Positions 1-13,899 of a stretch of DNA of 64,000 nucleotides are shown piece by piece. This DNA is from Eledone cirrhosa. Its lineage: Eukaryota. The notes below the pieces were generated by a model that had not been told where the DNA came from, did not search any database, and worked only from the letters and a program-made list of their open reading frames with translations. Each line of letters starts with the position of its first letter. Within the stretch, counting starts at the first letter, position 1. The DNA is taken from NCBI GenBank assembly GCA_964016885.1, contig OZ024740.1, positions 345,650,001 through 345,714,000 of the forward strand, written 5' to 3'. The translations under genes were made by a program, and so were the position numbers.

Positions 1-1219
1 GTTCTTCCTTAAATTGCGTACGTGTCTGAAATACACACGCGAGATATCATTATAGTAGCCAATCTGCTTGTAGCATTTCCAATTTATAATATATCTGTCG
101 TTTTTCTGGTAGATGATAATGGCCTATTTGATTCCGAAGTTGACCATATTCACTTCCGTCGCCTTTAAAGTAACCTTAATGCGTTTGCTGCGACATTTAT
201 CATGATGTATTTTAACAGAATCACTTTTAACAGAATCGTCGTCATGTGCTCTTAGCTCCGTATATGCAGCTTCCGGGTGGTACTTCTGATGTACCAGGAG
301 CTACAATTTTACATATGACATTGAAGACCACCTACGCTCTCATTCACACGTCTAACTTTTCGATAGGACAATTAGGAAATGAACATATATCGTTGCATAC
401 ATAACGGTGTTCATACATGAGGGTTCCGAGTGCGCCAGCTCTATAATCTGACCCACCCAACGGATGGCTTGCTAATAGAAGCGGTGGCCTTCTCGGGTGC
501 TCAACCTCAAGAGTGGCAGGTGGTGAATACTGTGTGCTCCAGCTGTTACGTGATTGCCGGCAGGCCTGAGACACTTGACCGCATCTCAATTCCCGAAATT
601 TTTTTGTAAACGGAGTCTTCAAAAAAATGGGAACGTTGTTGCATGTGATGATAGAAAGCAGCTCTCCTCACATTTTACTCGGACACGTAGACAGCTCACA
701 AGAAGTAATCAACTGACTAAAAGAACTTAACCCTAAAAGACATAAAATAGATATCCATTTAGTTTACACGTAGTTTTTTTCTGCACCTCTGTCTCTGCCA
801 CCTCCAGCTATCGATTTAATTGCGGACATCATCGCCTTTCCAGACCTCAATTGCTTTGAGCTCACTGCTGCTGACATACACAAGCTCTCTCTTTCTCTCT
901 GTGTGTGTGTGTGTGTGTGCGTGTGTGCGCGTGTGCGCGTGTGCGTGTGTGCGTGTGCGTCTGTAAATGTGTGTGTATATGTTAAATGTTTCTGCATGTG
1001 GCTTGTAATTTGATCCACGCAGAACTTTATCCCCAAAGAAATCGTAATTCAGGAGACTTGTTGACATTTATCCTTGCAGAATATGTTTTATTTATTTTGA
1101 TATTTATTTTTTAAATTACATAATTAAGATATGAATTTACATGTTTAGAGGAAAAGAACATACGTATCTTTATGTTTTGGCTTTCTATTAATATAAGATA
1201 TACATTACATATTTTAAAT

Positions 1220-1363
1220 AGTCGTCGTGGTCGTCGTCGTCGTGGTCGTCGTCGTCGTCGTCGTCGTGGTCGTCGTCGTCGTCGTCGTGGTCGTCGTCGT
1301 CGTCGTCGTCTTCTTCTTCTTCTTCTTCTTCTTCTTCTTCTTCTTCTTCTTCTTCTTCTTCTT

Positions 1364-1393
<30 letters not shown>
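1220..1393. repeat. (GTC)n followed by (TTC)n trinucleotide microsatellite, probably the expanded 3' tail of the adjacent RTE fragment
   Basis: Pure repeat runs abutting the 3' end of the minus-strand RTE fragment. Confidence 0.85.
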
Positions 1394-1396
<3 letters not shown>

Positions 1397-1990
1397 GGGA
1401 GTTTCGCGGCGCAGATTCCTCAAACTACTTCCAGCGGTTCCTGTCAGAAGCAGCCACTCCAGTTGATCCGTTTTAAGCCCCGACCGAGACCAACCGTGCT
1501 CATGGATGTTATCCAACAATCTTGTTCCAGGTCGGTTTGTTTTTCCGTGAAATCCGTCCACCGGTTCTTTCCTCAGACATTCTAACTACATGCCCGTACT
1601 ATCAGAGCTGTGATATCTCAATTCAGAGAAGTAGCGTCTCTACTTGGAGTAACACTCTTATATGCGAGCTACACACTTTATCTAGTAAGTAACGTTATTC
1701 CAAAGACCCCTCGGTGTACCCCATTTTGGTCGCTTGTATTCGCGATCGTATTCTTTCTGTCATTACTCAAGATTCATGACAACAGGCAAGGTTTGACACG
1801 AATACCGAATTTAAGATAGAGAGTTTGGTTTTTACACGTACCTCACCTCTTTTGATTATCAAATTATGACGCTGAAGCATTACTGCACCAGCTCCTGCTA
1901 GTCATGCACTTAATTCAACTTCATGCCTTCTACCACTCGTGAACATGGACTCGAAATACTTGAACTTCTCCACCTGCTTCAGAGTGCACT
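1394..1990 (-). mobile_element. Decayed 3' fragment of an RTE-clade LINE
   Basis: Minus-strand translation gives LKQVEKFKY (~1950-1985) and GKTNRPGTRLLDNI...WSRSGL, matching the RTE C-terminal GRPRTRWxDxI region; ends in a (GAA)n tail. Confidence 0.7.
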
Positions 1991-3699
1991 GCGCAGGCAT
2001 ACTTGTAAGGATGAGTGTCTCAGGTTCGAAGCACTTGGTTACATAATATATATGTGCTTATATTATTTCTAAACAATGTTTAGTCTGTGTGTATATATCA
2101 TTGTTTAATGAAAGCAAATAATAACGGAACACCTATTTGATATCGTACCCATATATTTTTACTCAAATTCAGGAGTGATAATATCTCCACTTTGAGGTCT
2201 CTGGTTTAAAAGGTATATAATTGCAGGTATATATATCTATAATTACACCGACAAGGATATGCACGAATACGCTTATTCTGAGAAGACCGGCTGTTAAATC
2301 GACTCTACTATTTGAGACGTGAATATCGACTTTGGTGAGATTTAAAGTCAAAATCTAAAGTGATACATCTGAATATATAAACATACGTACACACACAGAA
2401 GCACCCCAACAATTATATGTAGATATATCGGTATGGGAGTGCTTGCGTGTTTGTGAATGCATGTGTGCATTTAAATATATTTCTTAAGTTTCTGAATTCA
2501 ATAAAAATGATATAGAAGGCAATGGAGCTTTACTTCAGCAGGATTTTATCAGAGTGACTTATTTGTATGAACTTTATTGGTATGTAGAGCGGAAGGTTTT
2601 CGTTGTTGATTCTCCACTACCCGCTCAATATGTATAGAACTTATGGAAATATGCTTGTATTCCTACGAGTACACACATATAGTTAATAGTTATTTTATAA
2701 AATACATTTTGGGATTATTAAAGTATTCGGTAAGTCTAGTGTAGGTATTATATTTTAATATCCTATAAATGGGAGATCCGAAGCAGCTCCGAAGTTAGAC
2801 ACATTGTTGTACATGCTTAGAGAATACCTGCACATTTATTCTAGTTGCATTACTTCGGAATGTGATTTTTTATTTAAATCTGTATTCGATTTACTAAAGC
2901 AATAAGTGTCGTGAGCTTATAAAACACTACACGAATCATTTGATTTAGTGCACCCCCACGAACTCTGAATTACTAAGAATTGGAAGAAAAGGAGGCTAGA
3001 GAGGAAAACAGCATGGATCACAGCCAGTCTCCGAAATAGGATAAATTACATCGTGCACGAAAATGTTGAAACTTAGGAACTTTTTCTGCACTTTTATTTT
3101 CGTGATAGACTGCTTTCCTATATTCAACAATATATATAAGTATACATGTGTGTATCTTTCTGAGTGTGTGTATATATGTATACATAAATATATGCTTACA
3201 TATTCATACATGCATGCACACATACCTAACACACGCACATACACATACATACGCACATACACACATACACATACACACACACACATATAAATATATATAT
3301 ATAATTGACTTCATTTTTTTACTTATTTCTCTAACGCTGAAAGTTTTTTGTAAACGGCATGATCTAACTTAAAAAGTTTTTTATTTATAAAAACGCAAAG
3401 TAGGATAGAAAAAACAGAAGTGTAAGACAAAAATAGTGATATTTCTTTTCTTTATGTTTAAATTTCTTTACATAATTTTAAATAAATCCAGTGTGAATTA
3501 TAAAAAATATAATCCAATAACATAAAACCGAAATAGTTAAATTTCTCTACCGATCAGTTTACACCCCATCTAGTTTTTCAAACACGCACTCACACAAATG
3601 CATGTACACACACACAGACATACACTCTCACAGTCACACACACACATGCGTGCGCACACACACATACACATACACACACATATATATATATATATATAT

Positions 3700-5002
3700 C
3701 CACTTGCCACCCCTCACGCCCAATCCCTTATCCAATTCATCCATCCTTTACCTCAATCGCCTCCTCTACAACACCCGCCTTCCTTTCCCTCTCACCTACC
3801 ACCCAATCACTCTACCACTCTGGCCACATATTCTTCGTTCATGCCGCGTCCTCTTTTCTGACCCGGTCACTTCTCGCATTTTTCCAAATCCACCTAATAC
3901 CGCATTTAAGCAAGCCCGTATCCTCTGCGACCTCCTTGAACGCAGTTCCTTCTCGTCCTCTGCTACGACTCCATCCGGCTCTCATCCTTGTTCTCGTCCC
4001 AACTGTAACTCTTGTCCTTTCATTTCCACCCTCACAACTCTCTCAGGCCCCAACGGTTCATTCCGTATCCGCCACTCCTTCACATGCACCTCCACCCACG
4101 TTGTCTGTGACCTCCTGTGTTCCCTTTGCGGGTCCTTATACGTCGGACGTCTGGTGGACCATTTTGCTGAACATTTGAGGGTGATACCACTCGGTTTGGA
4201 TACTCCCGTCACCCGTCATTTCCGTTCCCCAGGTCACTCTTCCTTAGATGCCTCAGTCCTTGGTGTCCTTTTAGATCAGAGATCACAGGTCACACTCACC
4301 AGGACTGAGCATAGTCTGATTTACCACCTTGGATCCTGTTTCCCTCATGGACTCAACTCCTCTCCCCAATTTCTTTAATACCTCGTCCATTATCACACAT
4401 GTGCTTGTACATTCACCCCTAGATCCTATGGCTCTCTTCTGGTAAGAAAGATATACACTTACAGCTAATAGAAACCAACAAAATACGCACACTCCACTTT
4501 TCCCTTTACAGCTCTGTATACAATCCCACCCACCTTTATATTAACATATTTTTGCTCATAGCATTGTACATACAACCCAATACACACTTTTTTACTTACA
4601 TAAACATACATATGCTCTTAGCTTCGTACGGACGCATAACACACACACAGAGGCATACGCACGCGCACAAGTATAGCTCTTTATCCAAAACGGTGTGTTT
4701 TCCATTTGAGGTAGAATCGTTCCATCATCCACTTTCTAAAAAAGTATATCATACACAAAACGCCAGTATCAACAGTTTTCCATGAGATGCCAACATGGAC
4801 ACATTATTTTTCTCTAAAAAGATTGTTTCCAGTTACAACACGCCCAACTCTTCAATCTTTTTTCTAATTTCTCATTCTTTCTTCTGATGAAGGACTAGTG
4901 TCCGAAACGTTAAAACCCCTTTCCTATTATTTCAAGCGTCAACCTATTATATTCCTTCCATATACTGTACCGATCATATTGTTTATTCTGATTACTTTTT
5001 AC

Positions 5003-5005
<3 letters not shown>
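3700..5005 (+). mobile_element. Penelope-like element 3' fragment (GIY-YIG endonuclease remnant plus pseudo-LTR)
   Basis: ORF 3602-4378 contains PCSRPNCNSC...FTCTSTHVVCDLLCSLCGSLYVG...HF...PHGLN, typical of PLE GIY-YIG; hammerhead motif downstream. Confidence 0.85.
4881..4914 (+). ncRNA. Minimal type I hammerhead ribozyme motif (weak stem I)
   Basis: CTGATGA-A-GGAC-tagt-GTCC-GAAACGTT starting at 4884, in the pLTR of the PLE. Confidence 0.65.
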
Positions 5006-5100
<95 letters not shown>

Positions 5101-5101
5101 G

Positions 5102-5180
5102 CTAGACCACCCGTGACCGTTGGGTCACGTTCACTTCAAAATAGTTTTTAAAAATCATGTTCACTTAAAAATAATTTTAA
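5102..5180 (-). mobile_element. Helitron-like 3' terminus remnant
   Basis: Minus strand reads GTGACC-caac-GGTCAC hairpin, short spacer, then CTAG. Confidence 0.5.
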
Positions 5181-5214
5181 ATAATTAAACTATACATATA
5201 TATATACGTGTGTG

Positions 5215-5260
<46 letters not shown>

Positions 5261-5298
5261 GGTGTCTGTGATCAAAACACACACACAAATACACACTC

Positions 5299-5383
<85 letters not shown>

Positions 5384-5665
5384 CAACACCACCAGCACTC
5401 TCTCTCTTATATTCCCTTCTATGCTTCTCTTTCAATCTACTCGCTCACAACCACTATCGCTTTCTCTTTATCCTTATCTCTCTCTGTTTATCAGCGTACC
5501 CAGAAAAAGCATATCTCGGGAACCCGTGCTTCGATTTACGCGAAACTTCTTTTATTCCATTTATATTCCCGTTTTAGGGGCAACTTCCTTTCAATGTATA
5601 TTCCAATTATGCGCCCTTTTGGCTGTATTACATTACAGACAAGGAAGCAAGCAAGCAATCACAGT

Positions 5666-5715
<50 letters not shown>

Positions 5716-5742
5716 ATGTATGTATGTAAGTATGTATGTATG

Positions 5743-5827
<85 letters not shown>

Positions 5828-5997
5828 GGCGCTGCATGAAAAGTAAATGACAGAAGTGATAGAATGAAACCTCTTAAAGAAAAACAGGAAAATACTACCA
5901 TAGGCAGACTTAGTGTTTTAACTTGTAAAACCAAAAATTGACTAAACTAAACTCCTATATTATAGAATAGAATTTGTTGGTGATAGTGTAAAAAAAA

Positions 5998-6129
<132 letters not shown>

Positions 6130-7162
6130 GAGAGAGAGAGAGTGAGAGTATGTAAGGTTTGCCAGAAATTTGCTTGCTGTATACAACCTGGGTGGTTTAA
6201 AATAAATAATTGCAAAAATGAAAATTGGTGATGAGAAGAGAGAATAACAGAGAATAGAAGAGAGCAATACTAAAGAGGATAAATGGTTGAAAGATGTGAA
6301 ATAAAGTGCATTGTTGAAGGGAGGAATGTTTGAGTGAGTGAGGAAGAGACAAAACATATTGTAACACATTTCTTCCACAAGATAATTGATGATGTTATGT
6401 CGAACTTTTCTTCTACAATGTATCATCTACCATGTAGATCATCCCGCCGAGAAATGAAAGCCTGCGAGAGCAAAAAAAGGAAACAAAGAAATTGTGATGA
6501 ATGATGTACCATATTTGAAAGGATTTGAACGTTAAATAACAAAGGCATACACACATACACACATATACATTCATACACATATAAAGACATATATTTACAT
6601 ATATTTGCACTATTGCATTTTTTTTCTTTCAGAGAAGGATGTAACCTGTGAATTTTTTTCACTCCATATGTTTCAAACACCACCCTACTCCAGTCAACAT
6701 TTACTAAGACACTTTATTCCCAACAGGGTCCGGTTTAAAAATAACCAAGTAATAACCTACGCCTTAATTATCGCATTTACAAAATAAAAATTACTTTGGT
6801 TTCCAATATATTATTCCTAGTTCGGTCGCAGTTTAGGTTCCTATTCTTTCTCTGTTTTATTATTCATTTTCGATACTCATTCCATCCGCACCATTCTTTT
6901 CCCGTTCAGTTATTTTCTTTTGTTTTCATATTTATGGTTATTTCCAGAGTTGTTACTTATTTCACTCTAATTTCTGTTTTCTTTTTCTGCTTTCTAGCTT
7001 TGATTATGTGATTTTTCGTTCACGCTTTTGTATTGTTTATCATTAACGATTTTTTTTTTTTTGGCTTTCATTGCCTTACTAATCTTTTCCCATCTTTGAT
7101 TATCTTTTTTTCTTTGTTTACCAGTCTTTGGTTTTTACTACTCAATTTTTCTCTTTTATTTT

Positions 7163-7213
<51 letters not shown>

Positions 7214-8269
7214 CTCTTTCTTTCTTTCTTTCTTTCTTTCTCACTTTCTTTCTACTTCTTTCTTTCTTCTTTCGTTCTTATCTTTCTGTTTCGTCTATCT
7301 TAAACTAAAGTGCAATCTTTCGACTAATAATCTGAAAACATTGGTAAAATATCATATAAGCCAAAAGAATATAAAAAATAAAAGCAACAACTAGGAAGAA
7401 AGCGATAGGAAAAGAAAGACAAAAAGACGGAAAAAAGGAAAATATTGCTAAGGTTTCTACTCACTGACATAACTAACTAGGTAACTTTAGACAAATCTGT
7501 CGCACACATGGATTACTTATGTGTCTAAAATATTGTACTCTACACGAAGCGTCTTATACCGCATAACTACCATCTTCCCCTCTAGGGCCCCATTTTCCTT
7601 CATGTGAATACAATCTGGAATACGCGCAGCCACACTTCTTTTGTGTTCTCCCTATTAGTATAGGATCTAGCAATATAGTTAATTTCAAATATCACTTCTC
7701 TCATTAAATAAGTGTTTTAAACATTTCTTGTTGTGGGTTGATGCCTTATTTTTTACTAATATAAACTTTGATTCTAACTACACCCACACCTATTGCACTT
7801 TCTTTATTATTTAACGGATATTCAGTTCAAATCAAAATATTTTCGTTGCATTGAAATACATAAAAGAATTACAGATATAAACGCATATATGTTAGTTTCT
7901 TGTTGACTGAAAAAGAAACGAAAACGGTTTCTAAATCATAATGTCCCTTGGGTGTTTTCGTCAAATCTCCCTATGCTGTATGCATTCGGTACAGTGTTAA
8001 ATTACTATTAGTATATATTTCGTTTCATATAGATACTAAGTGCTGATGTTGAGACTGGACACCAGAATTATCTGTCTCACTAGTCTGGAAAGGCCCAGGA
8101 ATATTGTGAGCATTATTTGGCAGCTCTAATTTTTCAGAAAGTCACTTGAAATTACAATCAGGATGCATCATATAAAGAGATAATCAATCAATGAGGGCCA
8201 ACAATTTTTCATGTTATAAAGTTAAAAGAATTATTTGAAGTTAGCATCGCAACTTTAACGAAATATTTA

Positions 8270-8767
8270 TATATATATATACATGAATGGCAATTTATGT
8301 CTGTTTGTTTGTGAACCTAAAACTCGAAAACTACAAAACCGATCTTGATGAAACTTGACACGTGTATGGGGATCAAGCCCATTTGATTTCTTACGTATAT
8401 TTCATTTTAATCAAAGGGTTCCTTGGGGTACAAACCCCTACTGAAAATCCCCGCTTAATTTTTTCCCTTAGATTATATGAAATTTAAATCATAGGTAAAT
8501 AACAAGATATGATACCTCTTCACAAAATTTCAGCAAATGTCAATAATATTAAGACACCTTAATGGGGGCTCTATTTTTTTCCTTATAGCAACACTCAAGA
8601 GAAATGTTTTCGCCTGACCAATGCAATCAAAAATATTTGTTTGTATTATTGTTTCTTAAAAGAATTTGTCTTCGTTTTGATTTCATTTTTGGTGTGAGAG
8701 GCATTGGGCATTTTAATGGGAACTGGGAATACCCCCGCTCCCGGGTATTACCGGGTACCTCAGCTAT
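8270..8767 (+). mobile_element. Non-autonomous Helitron-like element (related copy at ~61230-61710)
   Basis: 5' tgtctgtttgtttgt...aactcgaaaactac...ccgatcttgatgaaactt motif; 3' CCCGG-gtatta-CCGGG hairpin followed by CTAT; internal similarity to 61280-61460. Confidence 0.55.
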
Positions 8768-8768
8768 C

Positions 8769-8801
<33 letters not shown>

Positions 8802-8806
<5 letters not shown>

Positions 8807-8898
8807 CGAAGGAAATGTGGTAAGGAACCAGGTGGACCATAACGTCCAGAATTAGCCGTCGAAACGGCTTGAGCTCAGCCGTCGGGGTCCTACTCGTT

Positions 8899-8902
<4 letters not shown>
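8802..8902. mobile_element. Short (TA)n-embedded element of the 'gaaggaaatgtggtaaggaac' family (rearranged copy)
   Basis: Shares sequence with 23895-24030, 52086-52138, 56980-57160 and 63768-63962; flanked by (TA)n. Confidence 0.7.
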
Positions 8903-8945
<43 letters not shown>

Positions 8946-9170
8946 CAAAACAAAGTGTGGATTATAAAACACCGTACATACAACATGCGATAACTAGTGA
9001 TAAGTAAATTTGTCAGAGCTATATATGAAAATATATAAAGTACCTCTATGTTGATACATGCATGGGCTCATTCATTCGTAACACGAAATCACACTCAATT
9101 AAATATATAATGTAGTATCATCTAAAACATAAACAGAAACATCGAAGCAAACAACACAATAACATGAAGA

Positions 9171-9358
9171 AATAACTGTTTCTAGTTTAGGCACAAGGCC
9201 AACAATCATCCAGTGCATTACTGGTACTTTATTTTATCGACCCCGTAAGGATGAAAGGCAAAATCAACCTTGACGGGATTTGAACTCAAATCGTAAAGGG
9301 ACGTAACTATGCTGGAAAGCATGGTGTCTGACCCTCTACCGATACTGCCAATCCACCG
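9171..9358 (-). mobile_element. tRNA-derived SINE with Nin/Deu-like central domain
   Basis: B-box GAGTTCAAATCC and core ttgcctttcatccttacggggtcgataaaataaagtaccagt shared with ~11 other copies in the window. Confidence 0.85.
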
Positions 9359-11694
9359 AAGAAATAACGCTTGATATAGTAGAAAAATAGTCTTAACATT
9401 GTGTACACTACTCCTTAATTAGAAGAAATAATTAGAAATAAATGATGAAATAGAAAGAGGGAGAAAAGTGACGGAAATATTTTTTATAAAGGTACGTTTG
9501 TATTCAGTCATCCAGTGTATTCAGTGGTCCCGTGGGAGGCCTACACGACACACTGGAAGAGGGAGGCCGAAGGAGGTATATGTTGATGTCCTAAGGAGAG
9601 ACACGCGGGACATAGCGACGATGATGAAGGACGGAGACCGGGTAAAGGCTGGTAAAATATATATATACATATATATTAGTGTATTGGTGGTAGCATTTAG
9701 TTACTATTGGCTCACCAGTTTGAGCATGTGTGTGTAAAGAAAAGGATATGGCAATAATGCATATTTTCCGTAACTTATATATATTTTCTTTAAAAGTCGC
9801 AGTAGATAAAACGTGTAGTATAAACTGCGAATTTTGAGAAGTGATTTTAAAGACTTTGTGTCTGACAGCAGGAATTCACTTGTAAGCTAAAATTCATCCA
9901 TCATGTGTGATGAATTATATATGCCGGAAAGTTTGGTGTCAGAAATGGTCGAGAACCTGTCTGTTAATTTGAACAAGAATAATAGTAGCAATGATGAAAT
10001 ATGTTGTTTTCAGTAAAAACACGAAAAGAGGGAAAAGCTGAAAGGCAAGGAATATTAAGTAATTTAGAATAGCATTTAATGAAAGCCTTCATCTCCAATT
10101 AGAATTATTTCGAAGAGAGTATAATCATGATATGACGAGTGTGATCAATTATATTTCTTTAAATGATAATTCTCGATTGATATATTTCTCTACATTATTG
10201 GGACAATATAATCCAATACGGAATTTTAAATATGATATTCCGTTTATATGACTAAAGGTATGACTATAAATGTTTTAGGGTTTAGAAATATGCAACAGTA
10301 CACCAGTCATGTATTTTGATAGGATTCATAGACGAATAGCTCGATATATTCAAACTGGTGACATACTTCCTAGGTTCATTACAGCGAAGCCTTTAGGAAA
10401 GGGACCCGAAGTGCCAGGTATTGGAGTGAAATCGGCTAACGACTTGAGTCTATAACTCAAACTTAACACATAATTGTCTTCAGCCAAGCAGTGGATGGGG
10501 AAAAAAATATAGCAATGAGAAAGGATAATACATTTTCATTATTCTTCGACCTTTAGTATACATTTGATGATCATAAATGTAGATATTCCATGAAGTTTCA
10601 GTAATAAATTGGAGACAGGTTTACATGTTGAAGATGATGAAAATTATATGCATCATATCTTCGTTCGCCATGAGTTCATCATATCACAAATCAAACCAAA
10701 ATATATTTAAAGTATTACCTCATTAAACTCACTATCTCTTATTTTCGAGTTATGAAGGATGTATTATCTGAAAGAAATTTGACTGCTTTTTCTAGCATAT
10801 AGAGTTGATTCACAGAGTGATTTCCTCATTATCTGTTTCGTGAGGAGTTATAATATGTAAATATTTCATATACGTCAATGACCATTGTTCGAGGACGTTT
10901 ATTTTTCGGCTTTTAATAAATAAACAAACTTTCATTAGTCCGAATTTTACTTTAAGAAATTAAGGTTCTCTGATAAATTTTGAAAAGAACAGTTAAGTTG
11001 GGTGCATTATATCGGTTGGCAATGTAATCATGGGATAGAATTCTTTTTAAGTTGTTTTATCAAGCAGGGTTTACAGAGTGCGAAATAGCAACAACAATGA
11101 AAATAAAATGCCGGCATATTGTTTTGCACCGTTACAAATTATGTAAAACATAAAAGATTCGGATAGTAAAATTAATGATATATGCCATATGACCATTAAA
11201 TACAACAAGTGGATTAATTGTTCTAAATATGAAAACAAAAAAATTGATATGTGCTTTTATCATCTAACTCCCATATCTTCTGAACAAAATGTCGAAATAG
11301 TATTTCACATATATGATATTAATCAATTATTTAATCGTGTAATGCATGGCGTAGTAACTGAATTGCGCTTAACAGCAAATACATACATGCTTTGTTAAAG
11401 CTTCTTGATGGTATCTCAACTAGATTAAAAATCAGCGGCTACCTCCGTTAAATTGAACCTCAAATATGTATAATTTGTTGCATATTGTTGACCTAAATAC
11501 TCACTATTCAATTATAAAACACATAGACCATCACAGTTGAAACATCGTTGACAATAAATCTACCCGAACTGGATTAAGATAGCACTAACACACACATACA
11601 CACACACACACACTCACACACACACACATACATACGCACATACAGACATATACATACAAACATACATACATACATACATACATACATACATACA

Positions 11695-11727
<33 letters not shown>

Positions 11728-11783
11728 CTATATATGTATCTATAAGATGTGAGAAAAACCACAGACCCTCCATCTCAACTCTA

Positions 11784-11819
11784 CTTTTGAAAAGCAGAAG
11801 AACTGCGAAACCGGTAAAG
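11784..11819 (+). ncRNA. Minimal hammerhead ribozyme, U3-A8 core variant
   Basis: ctt-TTGAAAA-GCAG-aagaa-CTGC-GAAACCGGTA-aag; second copy at 61820-61857. Confidence 0.6.
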
Positions 11820-11897
11820 GAACCAAATAAATATATATATATATTTTTAAATAAGACTCCAGTTGCTGCTTCGATTTCATCTTTTTTCCTTTATATA

Positions 11898-11945
<48 letters not shown>

Positions 11946-11949
11946 TAAT

Positions 11950-12945
11950 TTTGCGAGGTTTTTGATATGAAATCGTGTGTCTAAGCAAATATTGTTATAC
12001 TTGGGGAGGGTCATATTTGTGTAATAATATTGCCAGAATTAATAACAGAACACACTCACTGTTTGGTTGGTTTTCGCCTCTGTGTCTTTTATATCGGTTA
12101 ATTTAATTTATTCGGTCCTCAATGTTACCATTGACTGACCAACGGTAAAAAATACAGATATAACATAGACACAAACACATATATAGTATAAAGTTCTTTC
12201 GTTGCACATCTGCAACATCGTCAGTGGTGCTATTTTGTTTCCTCCTGTTGTATTTTATGCCTACGCCATCTTTATTTAGTCTGTTTAATTATTTATTTAT
12301 TTATGTTTGCCTTCTTCTCTGCTCATGCGTTTGCGCGTGTGTATTGTGTTTGGCTGACTGTGTATTGGTTATTGTAATATATCTTAGTTTACTAGTGTGT
12401 GTTTATATGTGTTTGTTGTTATTGTGCTTGTGTATTTATTTATTTATTTATTTATACTTCTCTTAGGTCAGTATTGTTTGTTTGGGTGTTGTTGTTATTC
12501 CATTCATTTTTTCTGTTTAGCCTTGGACTTCTAATTTCTATTTCGCTGGCCTCTCTGATTTGCCTATCAGCTGGGTCATTTCTATGTTTAGATATTATTC
12601 TAATTTCTATTTTGTCTATGTTACCGTCGTGTTGTTGTCTGGCATGTTCGTATAGCACTGAACCGTTTTTTCGTCCTTTTAGTTCCCCCTAGTGTTGGTC
12701 TATCCTTTCGATGTTGCAGATGTGCAACGAAAGAACTTTGTTAGATTATATATATGTGTTTGTGTCTATATTATATGTGTATTTTTGACCGTTGGTCAGT
12801 CAATGGTAACATTGAGAACCGAATAAATTAAAATAACCGATATAAAAGACACAGAGGCAAAAACCAATCAAACAGTGAGTGTGTTCTGTTATTAATTCTG
12901 GCAATATTATTACACAAATATGACCCTCCCCAAGTATAACAATAT
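11950..12945. mobile_element. Penelope-derived inverted pseudo-LTR pair (~230-bp inverted repeats 11989-12220 / 12709-12945)
   Basis: Arms are reverse complements; they contain a hammerhead motif and the ORF start MTLPKYNNI also seen at 51593; flanked by (TA)n. Confidence 0.8.
12187..12229 (-). ncRNA. Minimal hammerhead ribozyme motif
   Basis: Minus strand: CTGACGA-T-GTTGCA-gatg-TGCAAC-GAAAG-aa-CTT; stem I degenerate. Confidence 0.65.
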
Positions 12946-13899
12946 ATATATATATATATATATTTTATATATATATATATACTATTATAGGCACCCATTT
13001 TAAGTGTGATGTAGCGAATAACTATGTGTATACTGTGGGAATGTATCCTACATTGCCTATTGTGTACGCTGAGATACCACCGGTCCTGGCATTGATAAAA
13101 ATGCTGGGTCCGTCAATTCATTATCTTTATTATATATATATAAAATTTCAAGTCATCGATAATGTAGTGATAATATATCGTCACGTTAGAGATGAACAGC
13201 GTACGTGTAGGTTTGCTCAACGTGTATAAATTATATTCCGGAGAAAATGTAGAAAAGATGAATATAAAATGAAAGTGCTTTTATAAAGGAATTTATTAGG
13301 TATTGACATATGTTTCTGTAACAGACGGAATACCTATGTATCGCTGCTTGCGTAATAATATAATATTAGCAAGTATTCGATATAAAATGTATAATCAGTT
13401 GTGACTTCTTCAGAGATATTGGATAAATTGGAAAAAATCAGAAAAATTAAAGTATTCATATTAGTTGTAAGAAAGGAAGAAGAGAAGGGATAGTATATGA
13501 CAGATAGCAATTCAATTTGCTGGTAAACATGTATATAGAATTTTTTTAATGAGAATACAATGAGTATATGGCTTATTTTATCTAAATAAGAATTTTTGGG
13601 AGTGCCTATTTTAATCTATATTTGACCAATTGAACAATGGACAGGGCTGGTTGTTTGGTGTATTAGTATTAATACAGATATAAAGTATCAAGTAAGGAAG
13701 AGAGAGATTTTCACTGTTACTCTATAACAACAATGCTGGTAGCCTGCTGGTATATGCATTAGGGAATTGAATTAAGAAATCTCATTTTATCTATAGCAGT
13801 TTATATTAGATGGTAAAGAATAGAAGAGTTGATAGAATTAAGACTAATAGAGAATATTAATATGTCTTTTGACAATCAAACGGAGATGGAGACAGGCGT

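Noticed and set aside
100-640. Possible decayed transposon or exon (ORF 344-622)
   Set aside because: No diagnostic motif or terminal repeats seen.
13400-13420. Minus-strand CTGAAGA with a short stem (similar weak hits near 6430-6465 and 63615-63650)
   Set aside because: GAAA or core segment missing or too degenerate to call a hammerhead.
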